Shown piece by piece: positions 18,524 through 29,272 of a stretch of 64,000 bases of DNA. The stretch is from the NCBI GenBank assembly GCA_965216755.1, contig CBDCGL010000011.1, forward strand, positions 4,480,001 through 4,544,000, written 5' to 3'. The stretch comes from Alphaproteobacteria bacterium (GTDB lineage Bacteria; Pseudomonadota; Alphaproteobacteria; UBA7887). The notes beneath the pieces are model-generated. The model saw nothing but the letters and a program-made list of their open reading frames with translations, ran no database searches and had not been told where the DNA came from. The position numbers were made by a program, and so were the translations under genes. How positions within the stretch are numbered: the first letter of the stretch is position 1; each line of letters starts with the position of its first letter.

Positions 18524-19942
18524 ATGGAACAAAGCGACAATACATCCCTCTCTCCGTGCCACGCCTCGCCGCCAGTCGCGTTACCGCGGGCGGCTCCGGG
18601 CGCCGCGCAAGCTTTCGAAACCGCGCATCCTGGCGTCGAGTCTTTGGACGCGATTATTCCCGACCTTTGCGGCGTGTTTCGGGGCAAACGTCTGCCCTGG
18701 CGCGATGCCGCAAAACTCTGTGCAGGCGGCATGCCGGTCCCGGCATCATGCTACCTGCTCGACGCGGTCGGCGCCAATACGGATGCGGTCGGCAGCGGTT
18801 TCACGGATGGCGACCCAGACGTGACCGCGTGGCCAGTGGCGGGTGGATTTGCGTTGGTGCCGTGGCGCCGGCGCGCAACCGCGCAGATATTGATGTCGAC
18901 TTGCGAGGGCGACGGGCGACCATGCAGGTATGATCCGCGCGCCGTATTGGCTCAAGTGGTTGGCGCTTTCGATGCCATCGGGCTTAAACCGGTTGTCGCA
19001 TTCGAGCTTGAATTCTACCTGCTCGACCGATCGCGCGATGCCAAGGGGCGGCCGCGACCGTTCATCGATGCCGACGGGCGTCGACCCAGCCAGGTCCAGG
19101 TTCTAAGCATGGCGGACGTGGATCGGGCGTCGCATTTTCTCGACGACGTTGTCGCCGCGTGTCGGGTGCAAGGGATCCCGGCCGGCGGCATTTCCGCCGA
19201 ATACGCCCCCGGGCAGTTTGAGATCAACCTGGCGCACGGTGCTTCGCCGGTCGTTGCAGCCGACCAAGCCGCATTGTTTCGGCGGTTGGTCCAAGGTGTT
19301 GCGCGCAAGCATGAACTTGACGCCAGCTTCATGGCCAAACCATTTATCGACCGGGCTGGAAACGGCATGCATTTACATTTGAGCCTGGTCGACGCCGACA
19401 ATCGTAACATTTTCGCCGATAAGGATCCCTTTGGCGCGCCGGCTTTGCGCCACGCGATCGGTGGTCTGCAGGCGGTTGCTGCCGAATCGATGGCGATATT
19501 CGCGCCAAACGTGAATTCTTTTAGACGATATCGCGAGAATTTTTATACGCCCGTGAACATGTCGTGGGGCGCAAACAATCGATCGGTGAGCCTGCGCATA
19601 CCGAGCGGCGATGCGTCGAGCCGACGAATCGAGCACCGCTTTGCCGGTGCTGACGCGAACCCCTACCTTGTGCTCGCGGCCGTGCTCGCCGGCGTGCACC
19701 ACGGTGTGCAAGCACATTGCGATCCAGGCGCGCCGGCCGACGGCAATGCCAGTGTCAAGGCGGATCCCACGCTACCGCGGACCTGGCAGACCGCCCTTGA
19801 CTCCATGACCCGCGGAACCGTTCTGCGGCACTATTTGGGCGCGGACTATCTGCGCGCGTTTGGCGAAGCCAAACAGACGGAATTGGATCGGTTCTTCGAA
19901 TATATCGGCGACCGGGAGTATCGCTGGTACCTGCTTCCGTGA
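18524..19942 (+). CDS. glutamine synthetase family protein (gamma-glutamyl-amine ligase, PuuA-like)
   Basis: GVFRGKR, FELEFYL, EYAPGQFEINL, FMAKP, GNGMHLHLSL, NSFRR, and EHRFAGADANPY. Confidence 0.9.
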   Translation: MEQSDNTSLSPCHASPPVALPRAAPGAAQAFETAHPGVESLDAIIPDLCGVFRGKRLPWRDAAKLCAGGMPVPASCYLLDAVGANTDAVGSGFTDGDPDVTAWPVAGGFALVPWRRRATAQILMSTCEGDGRPCRYDPRAVLAQVVGAFDAIGLKPVVAFELEFYLLDRSRDAKGRPRPFIDADGRRPSQVQVLSMADVDRASHFLDDVVAACRVQGIPAGGISAEYAPGQFEINLAHGASPVVAADQAALFRRLVQGVARKHELDASFMAKPFIDRAGNGMHLHLSLVDADNRNIFADKDPFGAPALRHAIGGLQAVAAESMAIFAPNVNSFRRYRENFYTPVNMSWGANNRSVSLRIPSGDASSRRIEHRFAGADANPYLVLAAVLAGVHHGVQAHCDPGAPADGNASVKADPTLPRTWQTALDSMTRGTVLRHYLGADYLRAFGEAKQTELDRFFEYIGDREYRWYLLP

Positions 19943-20274
19943 TGATGTTCCGCTTTCGTTACGAATCGCACTGTGACAAGCGTGGGTGGGGCCGTGTATC
20001 AACCATCACAGATGGTCCACAAAGTGGCCATCTGAGAGACAACTTTGTGACCGACTGGATATGCGGATGACATGTGCCCTATATAATTGTTTGAAATATC
20101 GGCATTTTGCCTTGGCTGCTTGTGCCCAGCTTGATCCTTTGCGTGACGGATCACGGAACACACCAGAATGTTCGGCTGATTGGCTGCCGCGCTTGTGTTA
20201 GGGGGAGTTTGAATCGTCGGCGTCATCAACCCATGAGGCGCCAAATTTGTGAGCCTTTCGGGGAGGGATTTATC

Positions 20275-20766
20275 TTGGCTCGCTATTTATCTTCCTTGCT
20301 TGTATCCACCGGCTTGCTGGTCGCGGGTTTCACAGCACCAGCGCACTCCGTATGCACCGACAGTGCCGAAGACGTCGCGGTGCAGGTTCGCGCGTTGCAG
20401 ACGCGCTTAATGGTGGCGGCGCTTGCGTGCCGCGCCCAACTCAATCCAGAATATCCAGTTTACTACAATTCGTTCGTTCGCAAGTTCGGCTCGGAACTTG
20501 CCCAACACGCGCATGTCTTGCGCGCACATTTTGAACGCGAACATGGCCGCTCAGGCGACGCTCAAATGGACGCGTTCATCACGCGGATCGCAAATGGCGT
20601 TTCGCAAGACAGCATGTCCGACGGAAATTTCTGTCGTGCGTCCAAGCCGTTGTTTCAACGCGTGCTGGGCGCGCAGCCGGGCGAACTTGGTGATTTCGCC
20701 GCCGCGATTGCACCCAGCCCAAGCGCCAGGCCGAGTTGCGCGGTCGTTGCGGGCGGTGGCGGCTGA
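20275..20766 (+). CDS. hypothetical secreted protein
   Basis: RBS GGGAGG, TTG start, signal peptide ending AHS, LQTRLMVAALAC segment, and four Cys. Confidence 0.6.
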   Translation: MARYLSSLLVSTGLLVAGFTAPAHSVCTDSAEDVAVQVRALQTRLMVAALACRAQLNPEYPVYYNSFVRKFGSELAQHAHVLRAHFEREHGRSGDAQMDAFITRIANGVSQDSMSDGNFCRASKPLFQRVLGAQPGELGDFAAAIAPSPSARPSCAVVAGGGG

Positions 20767-20962
20767 CCGGCACGATATCGCACGTTGATCTTGATGGGTG
20801 AGGCGGCGTCAAAGCCAATCACCTGACAAAGTGAGACCCCCGCCATGGCAGGCCCCGCCAGGCGGGGGTCTAATTTTGTGCTCTGGCTCCGTGGAACCGG
20901 CACGCCCTTAAACCGCGCCGCCCCTAGACTTCGCCGAGGGGCGGCCGCCCGGCTCCGGCCCC

Positions 20963-21859
20963 TTACGGCTGGAGCACGATCTCGGCGCGGCGGTTTTGCG
21001 GTTCGCGCACACCGTCCGGCGTCGGTACTAATGGATCTTCTTCGCCACGCCCGTCGACCGCGATAATCGTGGTGTCGACGCCCTGCGTCGCCAGCACCGC
21101 GCGCGCGGCCTCCGCACGCCGCAGCGACAGGGCGAGATTGTAGGCGTTCGGGCCAGATCGGTCGGCGTGACCCGTGATCGTGACGCGGGAGACGCCAAAC
21201 TCCGCCGCGGTCGCAGCCGCGCTTTCTAGAATTGACTGAGCTTCGACGGTGATTTCGGATTTATCCCAGTCAAAAAAGACCAAATAGGTTCTCTGCACTT
21301 CGGGCGCCTGTGCGGGTGCGGCCGGTGGCGGCATCGCGGCCGGCGGCGCCTCCGTGGTCGCCTCGGGCCGATCGAGCGCGGTCTCGACGTTGGTGATGGC
21401 CGTCAGATAGCCGGTTCGGCAAAAGGCAATGTCTTCAGGTTGATAGTTCTCCGACTGCTCATGAATCCAGCAATCGAACATCACTTGGGCTCGCGCCATG
21501 GACGACGGCATGACCTTGGCGCCACCGCGTTCCAGCGCGCGGACGATGCGGGCGCGAGCGTCTGTTAACTCATCGACATGCTCAGCCGGCAGATCCCAAT
21601 CTTCAATTCGTTCCGGGTCGACGATCTCGCCGCCGCCGGTCAGATTTGCCTTGTTGCCAAACAGCTTTGAGTCTGACCAGTCATCTTCGGCACCTTCGCG
21701 CCGCGACAACTCGACATAGTCGAAATGCAGATGGCGTATGAACTTCTCCCACCCGCTGTCGACCAGATCCCAACGCTCGGTATCCGTATAGTTGGACGAA
21801 GCACACGCGCCCAGCACCGTACAACTCGCCATCACGACCCAAAGCGCAAGCGACTTCAT
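20963..21859 (-). CDS. OmpA-family lipoprotein
   Basis: Lipobox LGAC. C-terminal OmpA domain: VFFDWDKS, GHADRSG, YNLALSLRRA, and NRRAEI. Confidence 0.92.
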   Translation of the reverse strand: MKSLALWVVMASCTVLGACASSNYTDTERWDLVDSGWEKFIRHLHFDYVELSRREGAEDDWSDSKLFGNKANLTGGGEIVDPERIEDWDLPAEHVDELTDARARIVRALERGGAKVMPSSMARAQVMFDCWIHEQSENYQPEDIAFCRTGYLTAITNVETALDRPEATTEAPPAAMPPPAAPAQAPEVQRTYLVFFDWDKSEITVEAQSILESAAATAAEFGVSRVTITGHADRSGPNAYNLALSLRRAEAARAVLATQGVDTTIIAVDGRGEEDPLVPTPDGVREPQNRRAEIVLQP

Positions 21860-22212
21860 ATGTGAGATCCCCCGATCAATGCGATGACTCGAGCCTGTGG
21901 CGCCGTTCATCCAGTTTCGCGCGCATGCGACGATCCTTAGTAACGGACACGCGACACTGGCCCACGTCGAGCCATTAATCGCCAGATATCAGACGAACAT
22001 AAGCGATTCAACCACGTATGTAAGATTGCGCGGCAAACAAACACGAAACAGCCGACAAGCGTTTCTCTTCGGCAACAGGGCCACCCCAACGTTCGCCGGC
22101 AAAAATGCCCCAACATCTCAAGTCTGCGGCCGCCCGCCACGGCGGACCGGTTGTAGAAATATCAAGTCGTTCTATCCGCGCCGTCCCTCCGCGCGAAGCA
22201 GGTGACACACGA

Positions 22213-22644
22213 TCACGGCTTTTGGATCCATTGGCCGGCTGCGTTCTGGACCCAATCGCCCGAACCGGCGCGTTCGCGCAATCTCGCGCCGGCGACGGCT
22301 TCGACCTCCGCCATCGAGCGGCCGGTATCGCCCGCTGTTTTTTCGTAGGCGCTGCGCCGCTGCGCATTGAGGCTTTCCACAGCCGCTTTGAGATCACTGT
22401 CGCCGGCGCCGTCCACGAGCCCCAAATAGCCGTGGATTGTTTCGCCCACCGCGCCCGTATTCTTGAGATCTCGGGCGGATTGGGCCCACACGTCGCCGCC
22501 ATCAACCGCCAGCCAGGCTACAACAATAAGCGCGCACAGCCGCACCGCGCGGCACGCATAGATCGCAACCGTCATAGATATCCATCCTCGCGCTTGGGTG
22601 CGGCTTCGGGCACCCACATGATCGATGGTACCATTCGACCTCAT
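22213..22644 (-). CDS. ydbL: YdbL / DUF1318 family protein
   Basis: GAVGETIHGYL, NAQRRSAY, and GDWVQNAAGQWIQK. Third gene of ydbH-ynbE-ydbL. Confidence 0.85.
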   Translation of the reverse strand: MRSNGTIDHVGARSRTQARGWISMTVAIYACRAVRLCALIVVAWLAVDGGDVWAQSARDLKNTGAVGETIHGYLGLVDGAGDSDLKAAVESLNAQRRSAYEKTAGDTGRSMAEVEAVAGARLRERAGSGDWVQNAAGQWIQKP

Positions 22645-22845
22645 TCAAAAAAGGTCAGGATTCTCTTCGAACGTCTGTTCCAGCTCACGTTCAATTTGGA
22701 CCCGGACCTCTTGCTCAATCTTGATATTCAGATTTATGACGATCGGCTTGTCGGGGGCCTCGACTTTGACCGTCGGCGTACAGCCGGCGGCAACCGTAGC
22801 CGCCGAAATCAAACAAACGACATGCACGAGCCGCACCATTCCCAT
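22645..22845 (-). CDS. ynbE: YnbE-like lipoprotein
   Basis: AAGC lipobox then TPTVKVEAPDKPIVINLNIKIEQEV...PDLF. Confidence 0.92.
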   Translation of the reverse strand: MGMVRLVHVVCLISAATVAAGCTPTVKVEAPDKPIVINLNIKIEQEVRVQIERELEQTFEENPDLF

Positions 22846-22875
22846 GTCTACGATCCTGTCACCGCGTGGTCCAAC

Positions 22876-25800
22876 TCATGGCGCATCGCCCGCCGGTGCC
22901 AATTGTCGCGCCACCTCTTCGGGAATCTCGTAGTAGGCCTCATAGGTTTCTCGCAGAATCTGCTCTAGCTTGCCAGTAATGCTCAAATTCAGCTCGAACT
23001 CACTGCCGCCATACACCGCCGGGTTGGCGCCGCGTATGCGAAACCGCAAGTCCGTTTGGCCGTCGCCGCGGCCGGTCAGGTCGACGCGCAGACGGCTATA
23101 GGCGAAATCGTCCAAGGCATCCAGCAGCAACTTAACGCCGGGGCCTCCGGCCAGCAACGCCGACTCAAGGTTTTCGGGACGATAGGTCAAAGTGCCGCCA
23201 TCAAACGTCGATTCAAGCCATCCTTCGGTGATGACGAACGCGCCATCCCGCATCACAACCGGAATCCGCCCATTGAGCCGTCCAGTGGCTTCGAGATTGG
23301 CACGTTCGGGTGTTAGTTCAAGCAGCTGGTCGAGCTCAATGCCGTCAATGTCCAGATTAAGGAGTAACGCACCGGTATCGGGCAGATGCGACGAGGCCAC
23401 CCGGACGCTGCCGCCAGCCCATTGAAATACCGCATTTTCCAACAGTGGCTGGCCATCCCGATCAAGGCGCACAGACAACAATCCATCGGTCAGTGGCAGA
23501 CCCAGATCAATGCCACGGATGGCGACGAGTTGTCCCGGCGGGGTCGATGGTGGCAGAAGTGCGTCGAAGGTAATGACGCTGTTGACGCCAAGCATTTCAA
23601 TGCCGTCCCAGCTGGTGCTGAAATCGGAGACGGTCAGGTCAAGTGCGCTTGCCAAGCGGCCGTCCGACCAAGTGATCGGACCCGCCATGCGGAATTGCCC
23701 TTGAGTGGGCCCCAAACGATTGGCGAGCAATGGCAATAGACGGGTCGGTTGTAGGCCATCCTCCAAGAAAATGATCGGATAGAGCTGCAAATTGCCACTG
23801 CCCTGGTCGCGTGCGGTGTCGTGTCTGCCATCGAACGCGATCACCAAATTGCCGCCGGGCTCGGTGATATTGGCCAGAAGTGTGATTGTTGAGCCGGAGG
23901 TGGCAATTTCGACATTTCCCTGCAATGGCGTAATGGCGGGGCGGGGTACGGCGTGCCGCAGGCTCGGCATTTCAAGCGAAAGTTTCGTTTGCCCGGTATG
24001 ATCGGCATTGAACGCAACGGCAAGTGATTCAGCGATCAGGCCGATCGACCCATCGGACGACGCCGTCTCGTCCCGTTTTTTTGCGTCAATCGCAACCCGG
24101 CCGCCGTCGCCCGCAAGTTCCGCGCTGAATTTGTGGCCGTCGTGACGCAAGACGCCCGCCGCCGTGAGTTTCAGGGGCGGCGTTGTCACGGTGGCTTGTA
24201 GTGTCGCGTTGCCATCCGTGCGATCGATATCGACTGTGCTCGGCTGCAGCTGCAGTTGCGCGCGCCATCGTACGGGACCACTGTCCAGACCGGAAATTTC
24301 GACAAGAGGCGCCGTTTCGCGTTGATCAAACGCAAGCGTTACCGGCGTGAAATCAAGGGTTGGCGCGGTGCCGACACGCAATCCGTCAAGTCTTAGAAGC
24401 TGTGTACCGCGAAGTTGCGTGTGCAGGTTGGCACCGTCGTAGGTGAAATCGGCGTTTACGGTCATCGTGCTGCCGGTCATAGAGACCGCCTCAGGCAAGG
24501 CGGGCGTTCCGCGCGTCGTGAAACGCAGATTGCCGACATAGACGCCGTCGGCGGCGGACAATGTGACATGGCCGTCGCGCAAAGATACGCCGTCGGTGAG
24601 TGGTACAGCCGCGACAGCGGTCAGGTCTGCTTTCTTGATGGCCCGCAGTGTGACTTGACCGCCCTTGATCCTGCCGACGACCTCCATGCCCCGCGCGAAT
24701 AGGTCCACGGCGACGCCGTTGTCACCACCAATCACGAGCATACCGCTGCCGGACAAATGCGCGCGCGTGTGCCCAGATGGGTCCACCGATACGACCGACG
24801 GGATCTCGGGGTCGGACTCAATGCTCGATTCAACGCCATTCAACAGCAGGCGACCTAAGGGCGAAGCGCGCGGCATGCCCACAATCTCTGGCGCAACGGA
24901 TGCGGCGCGGGCGTCAATTTTGGCATCCAAAATGGCCAATGCACCGTTTGTCGTTTCAACCATGGCGGTGGCATCAATACCAGCGTTATCAATGACACCC
25001 GGCACCGTGACGCCCGGGATCGTCACGGCAACGCGCAGCTGGGTGTCGGCGGCGCGAAACCAGTCACCGGCGACCACGGCATCGCGGGCCCGCTTGGTGC
25101 CAAGCATGGTTCCGGCCACCGAGAAATCCAATCGCGGACCGATCTGAGACAACTGCAAGGCCGTCGGCAAATACGCCTCGGCAGCGAGACTTGACGGGAC
25201 GCGCATGTGACCGCGCAGTTCAAACTGCGGCGCGTCACTGCTTATGTTTGCAAAATCACCGGCGACGACAGCTTCAAATGCTTGATCGGTAGACTCGGCG
25301 TTGACGGCGACGTTTATCGTGTCGTCGGCAAATGCAAAACTGATCGTGGCCGGCAGGGGGCCGAACGGAAGGTCGATCCCGGCGGTGCGCAGCAAGCCTT
25401 CGCCTTGGTAAAGAGCGCGTTCATTGACCTGAAACGCCACCTGACCGGAAATGCCATGGCCGGTGAACCAGTCCGCGCGCAGCCAAGCATCCGAGATTTC
25501 AGCGAACAGATCAAAGGATTGGGCGATGATCGATCCATCGAATTCGACGGCGACCCGCGCGGCGCCGAACGGTGTGGTCAAGGAAACGTCAGCGTGGCCG
25601 CTCACCGCACCGACATCGCTGAGTGCGGCGGTTGCGTTGATGGGCATCGACACTTCGCCTTGGTCCGTTCCCAATACTATCAATGCGTCGCGCAACTCCA
25701 CCGCGCGCACCGGCGGTACGAAGCCATGGCTCGTCGTACCGGCGGGCCGTTCGATTTGCACAAGTGTGCGCGGGTCGGGCACGGGCGCGCCATCAACGAT

Positions 25801-26157
25801 ACGGCCATGCCAGCGCACGCCCACCAACACCAGCCGATCGAACAGCAGTTTTGATTCGAGGCCCTCGCGCAAGATCGGCAGGGCTTTGTAATGCAGACTG
25901 GCTTGCCGTGCCGTCACGGCGCCGTCGCCCAGGGCGATGTTTTCCAGCAGCATGCTGCTGGCGCCAACAAAGCTCACGTCGAAGGAGATTCCCGAGACCT
26001 TATTCGCGGCCAGCCAGCGCTTGGCAGCGGTCTCGGCGAGCTGCGGACCGATGACGATCCACACACTCGCGGCCAACAGGCCGATCGGAATGACGCCGTA
26101 GAACAAGAGGTGACGCAGCCAGCGGGCAATCGATCGAACAAACATGAAGGCCGTCAC
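22876..26157 (-). CDS. ydbH: YdbH-family AsmA-like intermembrane bridge protein
   Basis: N-terminal TM anchor, long beta-rich body, C-terminal GRLNGRIP...ALDDFAY...GANP...LNL, and synteny with ynbE/ydbL. Confidence 0.88.
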   Translation of the reverse strand: MTAFMFVRSIARWLRHLLFYGVIPIGLLAASVWIVIGPQLAETAAKRWLAANKVSGISFDVSFVGASSMLLENIALGDGAVTARQASLHYKALPILREGLESKLLFDRLVLVGVRWHGRIVDGAPVPDPRTLVQIERPAGTTSHGFVPPVRAVELRDALIVLGTDQGEVSMPINATAALSDVGAVSGHADVSLTTPFGAARVAVEFDGSIIAQSFDLFAEISDAWLRADWFTGHGISGQVAFQVNERALYQGEGLLRTAGIDLPFGPLPATISFAFADDTINVAVNAESTDQAFEAVVAGDFANISSDAPQFELRGHMRVPSSLAAEAYLPTALQLSQIGPRLDFSVAGTMLGTKRARDAVVAGDWFRAADTQLRVAVTIPGVTVPGVIDNAGIDATAMVETTNGALAILDAKIDARAASVAPEIVGMPRASPLGRLLLNGVESSIESDPEIPSVVSVDPSGHTRAHLSGSGMLVIGGDNGVAVDLFARGMEVVGRIKGGQVTLRAIKKADLTAVAAVPLTDGVSLRDGHVTLSAADGVYVGNLRFTTRGTPALPEAVSMTGSTMTVNADFTYDGANLHTQLRGTQLLRLDGLRVGTAPTLDFTPVTLAFDQRETAPLVEISGLDSGPVRWRAQLQLQPSTVDIDRTDGNATLQATVTTPPLKLTAAGVLRHDGHKFSAELAGDGGRVAIDAKKRDETASSDGSIGLIAESLAVAFNADHTGQTKLSLEMPSLRHAVPRPAITPLQGNVEIATSGSTITLLANITEPGGNLVIAFDGRHDTARDQGSGNLQLYPIIFLEDGLQPTRLLPLLANRLGPTQGQFRMAGPITWSDGRLASALDLTVSDFSTSWDGIEMLGVNSVITFDALLPPSTPPGQLVAIRGIDLGLPLTDGLLSVRLDRDGQPLLENAVFQWAGGSVRVASSHLPDTGALLLNLDIDGIELDQLLELTPERANLEATGRLNGRIPVVMRDGAFVITEGWLESTFDGGTLTYRPENLESALLAGGPGVKLLLDALDDFAYSRLRVDLTGRGDGQTDLRFRIRGANPAVYGGSEFELNLSITGKLEQILRETYEAYYEIPEEVARQLAPAGDAP

Positions 26158-26348
26158 GTTCGACTCACGGACGCACGCCTATGGTGAGGTCTGCACAAAC
26201 GGGTTGTCAAAACAAACTTTCGTTGGTGTTAAAACCATGTCGTGCCGCGCAGTTCGACACAATTTTAATCGTATGGCAATGATATCGAGTCGACTGCCAC
26301 TCGGGTGGGCGCTGGCGTAGGCCACGTTCACTGCAATTGGATCCGGCC

Positions 26349-27593
26349 CTAGGCCGCGAATTCATTGTGACTCAAGCGCAGCGGCAGTCTTCGGACGCCG
26401 CGCAGCACCAGTGAATCATCCCATTCTAGTACATCGCTGGCATGCGCGATATTGGGACATCGCGCAAGCAGAGCTGTCAGAGCCTCGTGTCCTTCGACAC
26501 GCGCCAACTGGGCACCGATACAGAAGTGGAGCCCATAACCGAATGCAAGATGGCGATTGGGATTGCGCGTGATATCGAAACGATCAGGATCCGAAAAATG
26601 CGCAGGGTCACGATTGGCACCGATGAACATCAAAAAAATTCGGTCGCCCGCGCGAATTCCTTTTCCACCAATCACCATGTCTTCGGACGCGATGCGCACG
26701 GCCGATTGCGCGGGGCTCTCGAAACGCAGCATTTCCTCGATCGCGGACGGCATCAGTTCGGGATCGGCACGCAACAAGGCCAATTGATCCGGATGTGCGA
26801 GCAGCGCGATTATGCCGTTGGCGATCAAGTTGGTGGTTGTTTCATGGCCAGCAAACAAGATGAACACGCAATTCGCCACCAGCTCGTCGTTGCTGAGGCC
26901 GCGGCCATCGTGGTCGTGATTCGATGTGGCGATCAAAGTATCAATCAGGGTGCCCTGCGCGTTGCTCTTGCGCCGTTGTGCCACGAGTTCGCGAAAATAT
27001 GCCGTGATTTCTGTTAGTGCCTCGGCGCCACGACGATAGCGATCCGATGTTAACCGGGCGCTGCCGACGACCGTGGCCACGTCGTCCGACCATCGCCGGA
27101 AGCGGTCCATATTATTCGTTGGCACACCAAGGATATGCGCGATGACCCGAGCCGGTAACGGATACGCGAAGTCCTGAATCAAATCGATGTCATTCCGGCC
27201 GGCAAGCCCATCAAGCAGTTCGTCGACGATCGCCCGAATATGAAACCGCAATGCCTCAATAGCGCGGGGGGTGAAGGCGTCGACCATCAACCGTCTCAGG
27301 CGCGTGTGATCCGGCGGATCCTTGAAAACCGTCCATAGTTTGAGCTGTGCGGCCATGTCCAGAACGTCTTTGCGGTTTTCGCCCGCCCAGACGTCGCTGG
27401 CGACATGTTCCGCAAATGGTGTCAGTCGATCCGCCGAGAAGCGACGGTCGATCTGCGCCGCTTTGACATCGTCATAGCGGGTTAGCACCCAACCGCCCAA
27501 TGCATCGGACCAATGAACTGGATCGTCGTCACGCAGCGTGTGCAGCGTTGGATGCGGGTTGGCGATGAACTCGGTGGCGTTTGGATTGAACAT
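26349..27593 (-). CDS. cytochrome P450
   Basis: DPPDHTRLR, AGHETT (I-helix), EEMLR (ExxR), and FGYGLHFCIG heme ligand. Start placed at ATG 27593. Confidence 0.96.
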   Translation of the reverse strand: MFNPNATEFIANPHPTLHTLRDDDPVHWSDALGGWVLTRYDDVKAAQIDRRFSADRLTPFAEHVASDVWAGENRKDVLDMAAQLKLWTVFKDPPDHTRLRRLMVDAFTPRAIEALRFHIRAIVDELLDGLAGRNDIDLIQDFAYPLPARVIAHILGVPTNNMDRFRRWSDDVATVVGSARLTSDRYRRGAEALTEITAYFRELVAQRRKSNAQGTLIDTLIATSNHDHDGRGLSNDELVANCVFILFAGHETTTNLIANGIIALLAHPDQLALLRADPELMPSAIEEMLRFESPAQSAVRIASEDMVIGGKGIRAGDRIFLMFIGANRDPAHFSDPDRFDITRNPNRHLAFGYGLHFCIGAQLARVEGHEALTALLARCPNIAHASDVLEWDDSLVLRGVRRLPLRLSHNEFAA

Positions 27594-27935
27594 GAACAGC
27601 CCAACTTGTCGGATCAGCCGCGTGTCGACGCCACAGTACCCCGAAACAGCTTGTGGAAAAAGACGCTGCATAAAGGGGATAAAATCGGCTCTTGCGGGTC
27701 GATTTTGAGACCAAGCGGCCGCCCGTGTGACAGCCGTGTGAGAAGGATGTGACAAGGCGCACAAATCCAGCACGAATCGTTGTTTTCCATGGGGATTCCG
27801 GCAAATGTTTCGATGTTGGTGCGCACCGGGCGTGTCCCGCAGCGGGGAATAAACGGGCCGAACGGCCGTCCATTGTTGTACGACCCGACGATGCGGAGAG
27901 ACGATCCCCTAAACCACCAACAAAGGAAGATAACG

Positions 27936-28226
27936 ATGAAGATGAGTACGGACACACCCTATCGGAAGGCCCTTTTGACGAGCACAGTCGCCGCCACGTT
28001 CGCCGGAGTGCTCGCCCTGTCGGGCGCGGGCTTCGCGCAAACCGCCGAGGAATGTGCGCTAAAGGTCCAGGATGTTCAGGGGCAGCTTGAGCAGCAGCCC
28101 GAAGACGCTGCGCTGCAGGGCGAGGTCGACAAAGCCGCGGCATTGTGTGGTGAGGGCCGTATCGACGAAGCCGACCAGATTCTCATGGAAGTGGTCGAGC
28201 GCATGGCCGACACAGTGACGCAGTAA
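27936..28226 (+). CDS. small secreted helical protein
   Basis: RBS AAGGA, signal peptide ending GFA-Q, two Cys, acidic helical mature region. Confidence 0.65.
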   Translation: MKMSTDTPYRKALLTSTVAATFAGVLALSGAGFAQTAEECALKVQDVQGQLEQQPEDAALQGEVDKAAALCGEGRIDEADQILMEVVERMADTVTQ

Positions 28227-28309
28227 GACAGGGCAGCGTTAGACACACTGGTCGACGTTATGCCCGCCGCGACCGAAGCGGCCCGGTCAGGGCGTTCGGT
28301 TGCCAGATG

Positions 28310-28342
28310 GGGTCGGGATCGGCGCACGCGCCATCCCGACCC
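28310..28342. repeat. GC-rich inverted repeat (hairpin)
   Basis: GGGTCGGGAT-C-GGCGC-AC-GCGCC-ATCCCGACCC between two small genes; no U-tract. Confidence 0.6.
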
Positions 28343-28366
28343 GACAACCACTGAAAGGACGGAAGC

Positions 28367-28588
28367 ATGAATGCGAGTAGCCTATCAATCATCGTGGCAA
28401 TGGGCGTGGCGTTGGGATTAGCTGCGTGTGATCAGGGGGGGACTCCTGAAGGAACCGCCGGCGATTCAACCGAGACATCGGCGGCTGCCCCGGCGCCAGT
28501 GCAAGACAGCGTTGGGGCTGCAGATGAATCTGCCGTTGAGGTCGCGCCTTCGACGACGATTGTTGAAGACGATTCCACTAGCCAATAG
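28367..28588 (+). CDS. small lipoprotein, low-complexity
   Basis: RBS AAGGA, lipobox LAAC, and an Ala/Ser/Thr/Asp-rich disordered mature part. Confidence 0.68.
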   Translation: MNASSLSIIVAMGVALGLAACDQGGTPEGTAGDSTETSAAAPAPVQDSVGAADESAVEVAPSTTIVEDDSTSQ

Positions 28589-29272
28589 AAAAGCGGTCCG
28601 GGCAGCCGTCGGGCGTGAACCGACGGCGTGTCCCGGCGCGCCGTATCGGCTGTTGGTGGCGATTTTTCGTGCATAGCGACCGAGTTGAATTTCGTCGACA
28701 GAGATGAAATAACATTTTAATAAATCGATTGAGTGCTAAGTGGGCGGATTGGCGCTGTCTCGCGCATTGACGATCGCTACGGATAGCGCCTTGCGGCGGG
28801 TCAACCCGCCGACCGAGTTGGACGTCAGGCGGACACGTGCGCCGTCGGTGGCCAAATGAGACAGCCCGTGTGCGCGTAGCGGTCCGTGGTCCCGGCAAGG
28901 AATTGCGGTGCTGCATGCAGTCACGATCGACACCTTCCGTCCGTTCCCCCCATGGGCGGGCGATGTCAGTCCGCCGCGCCGTCTTAGAGGTGGATGATGG
29001 CGAGTTGCACGGGTTCCCCGCACCGATGAAGCAATGTGGTTTCTTCGGTGCGGGGTTTTTTGACTCATCGCGTTATTCATTTTTAAGCCAATGAATGTCA
29101 CCCTATTATAGCAAATATTAGCAATCGCCTTGATATAATCCACGACACCTAGACAACGATAAAAATCAACTGGAGACAGGCAATTCGCAAGCAAGTCAGC
29201 GGTGCAGTCCGTGGTGAACGAAAAACTGCGAACACTCAAGATGGCAAATCGCACGATCGGACGGGGGGCGCG

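Noticed and set aside
22105-22968. 287-aa plus-strand ORF
   Set aside because: Antisense to ydbL and ynbE; no motifs.
28731-28739. GAGTGCTAA half-CIRCE upstream of the ECF sigma
   Set aside because: No left arm at the required 9-bp spacing.
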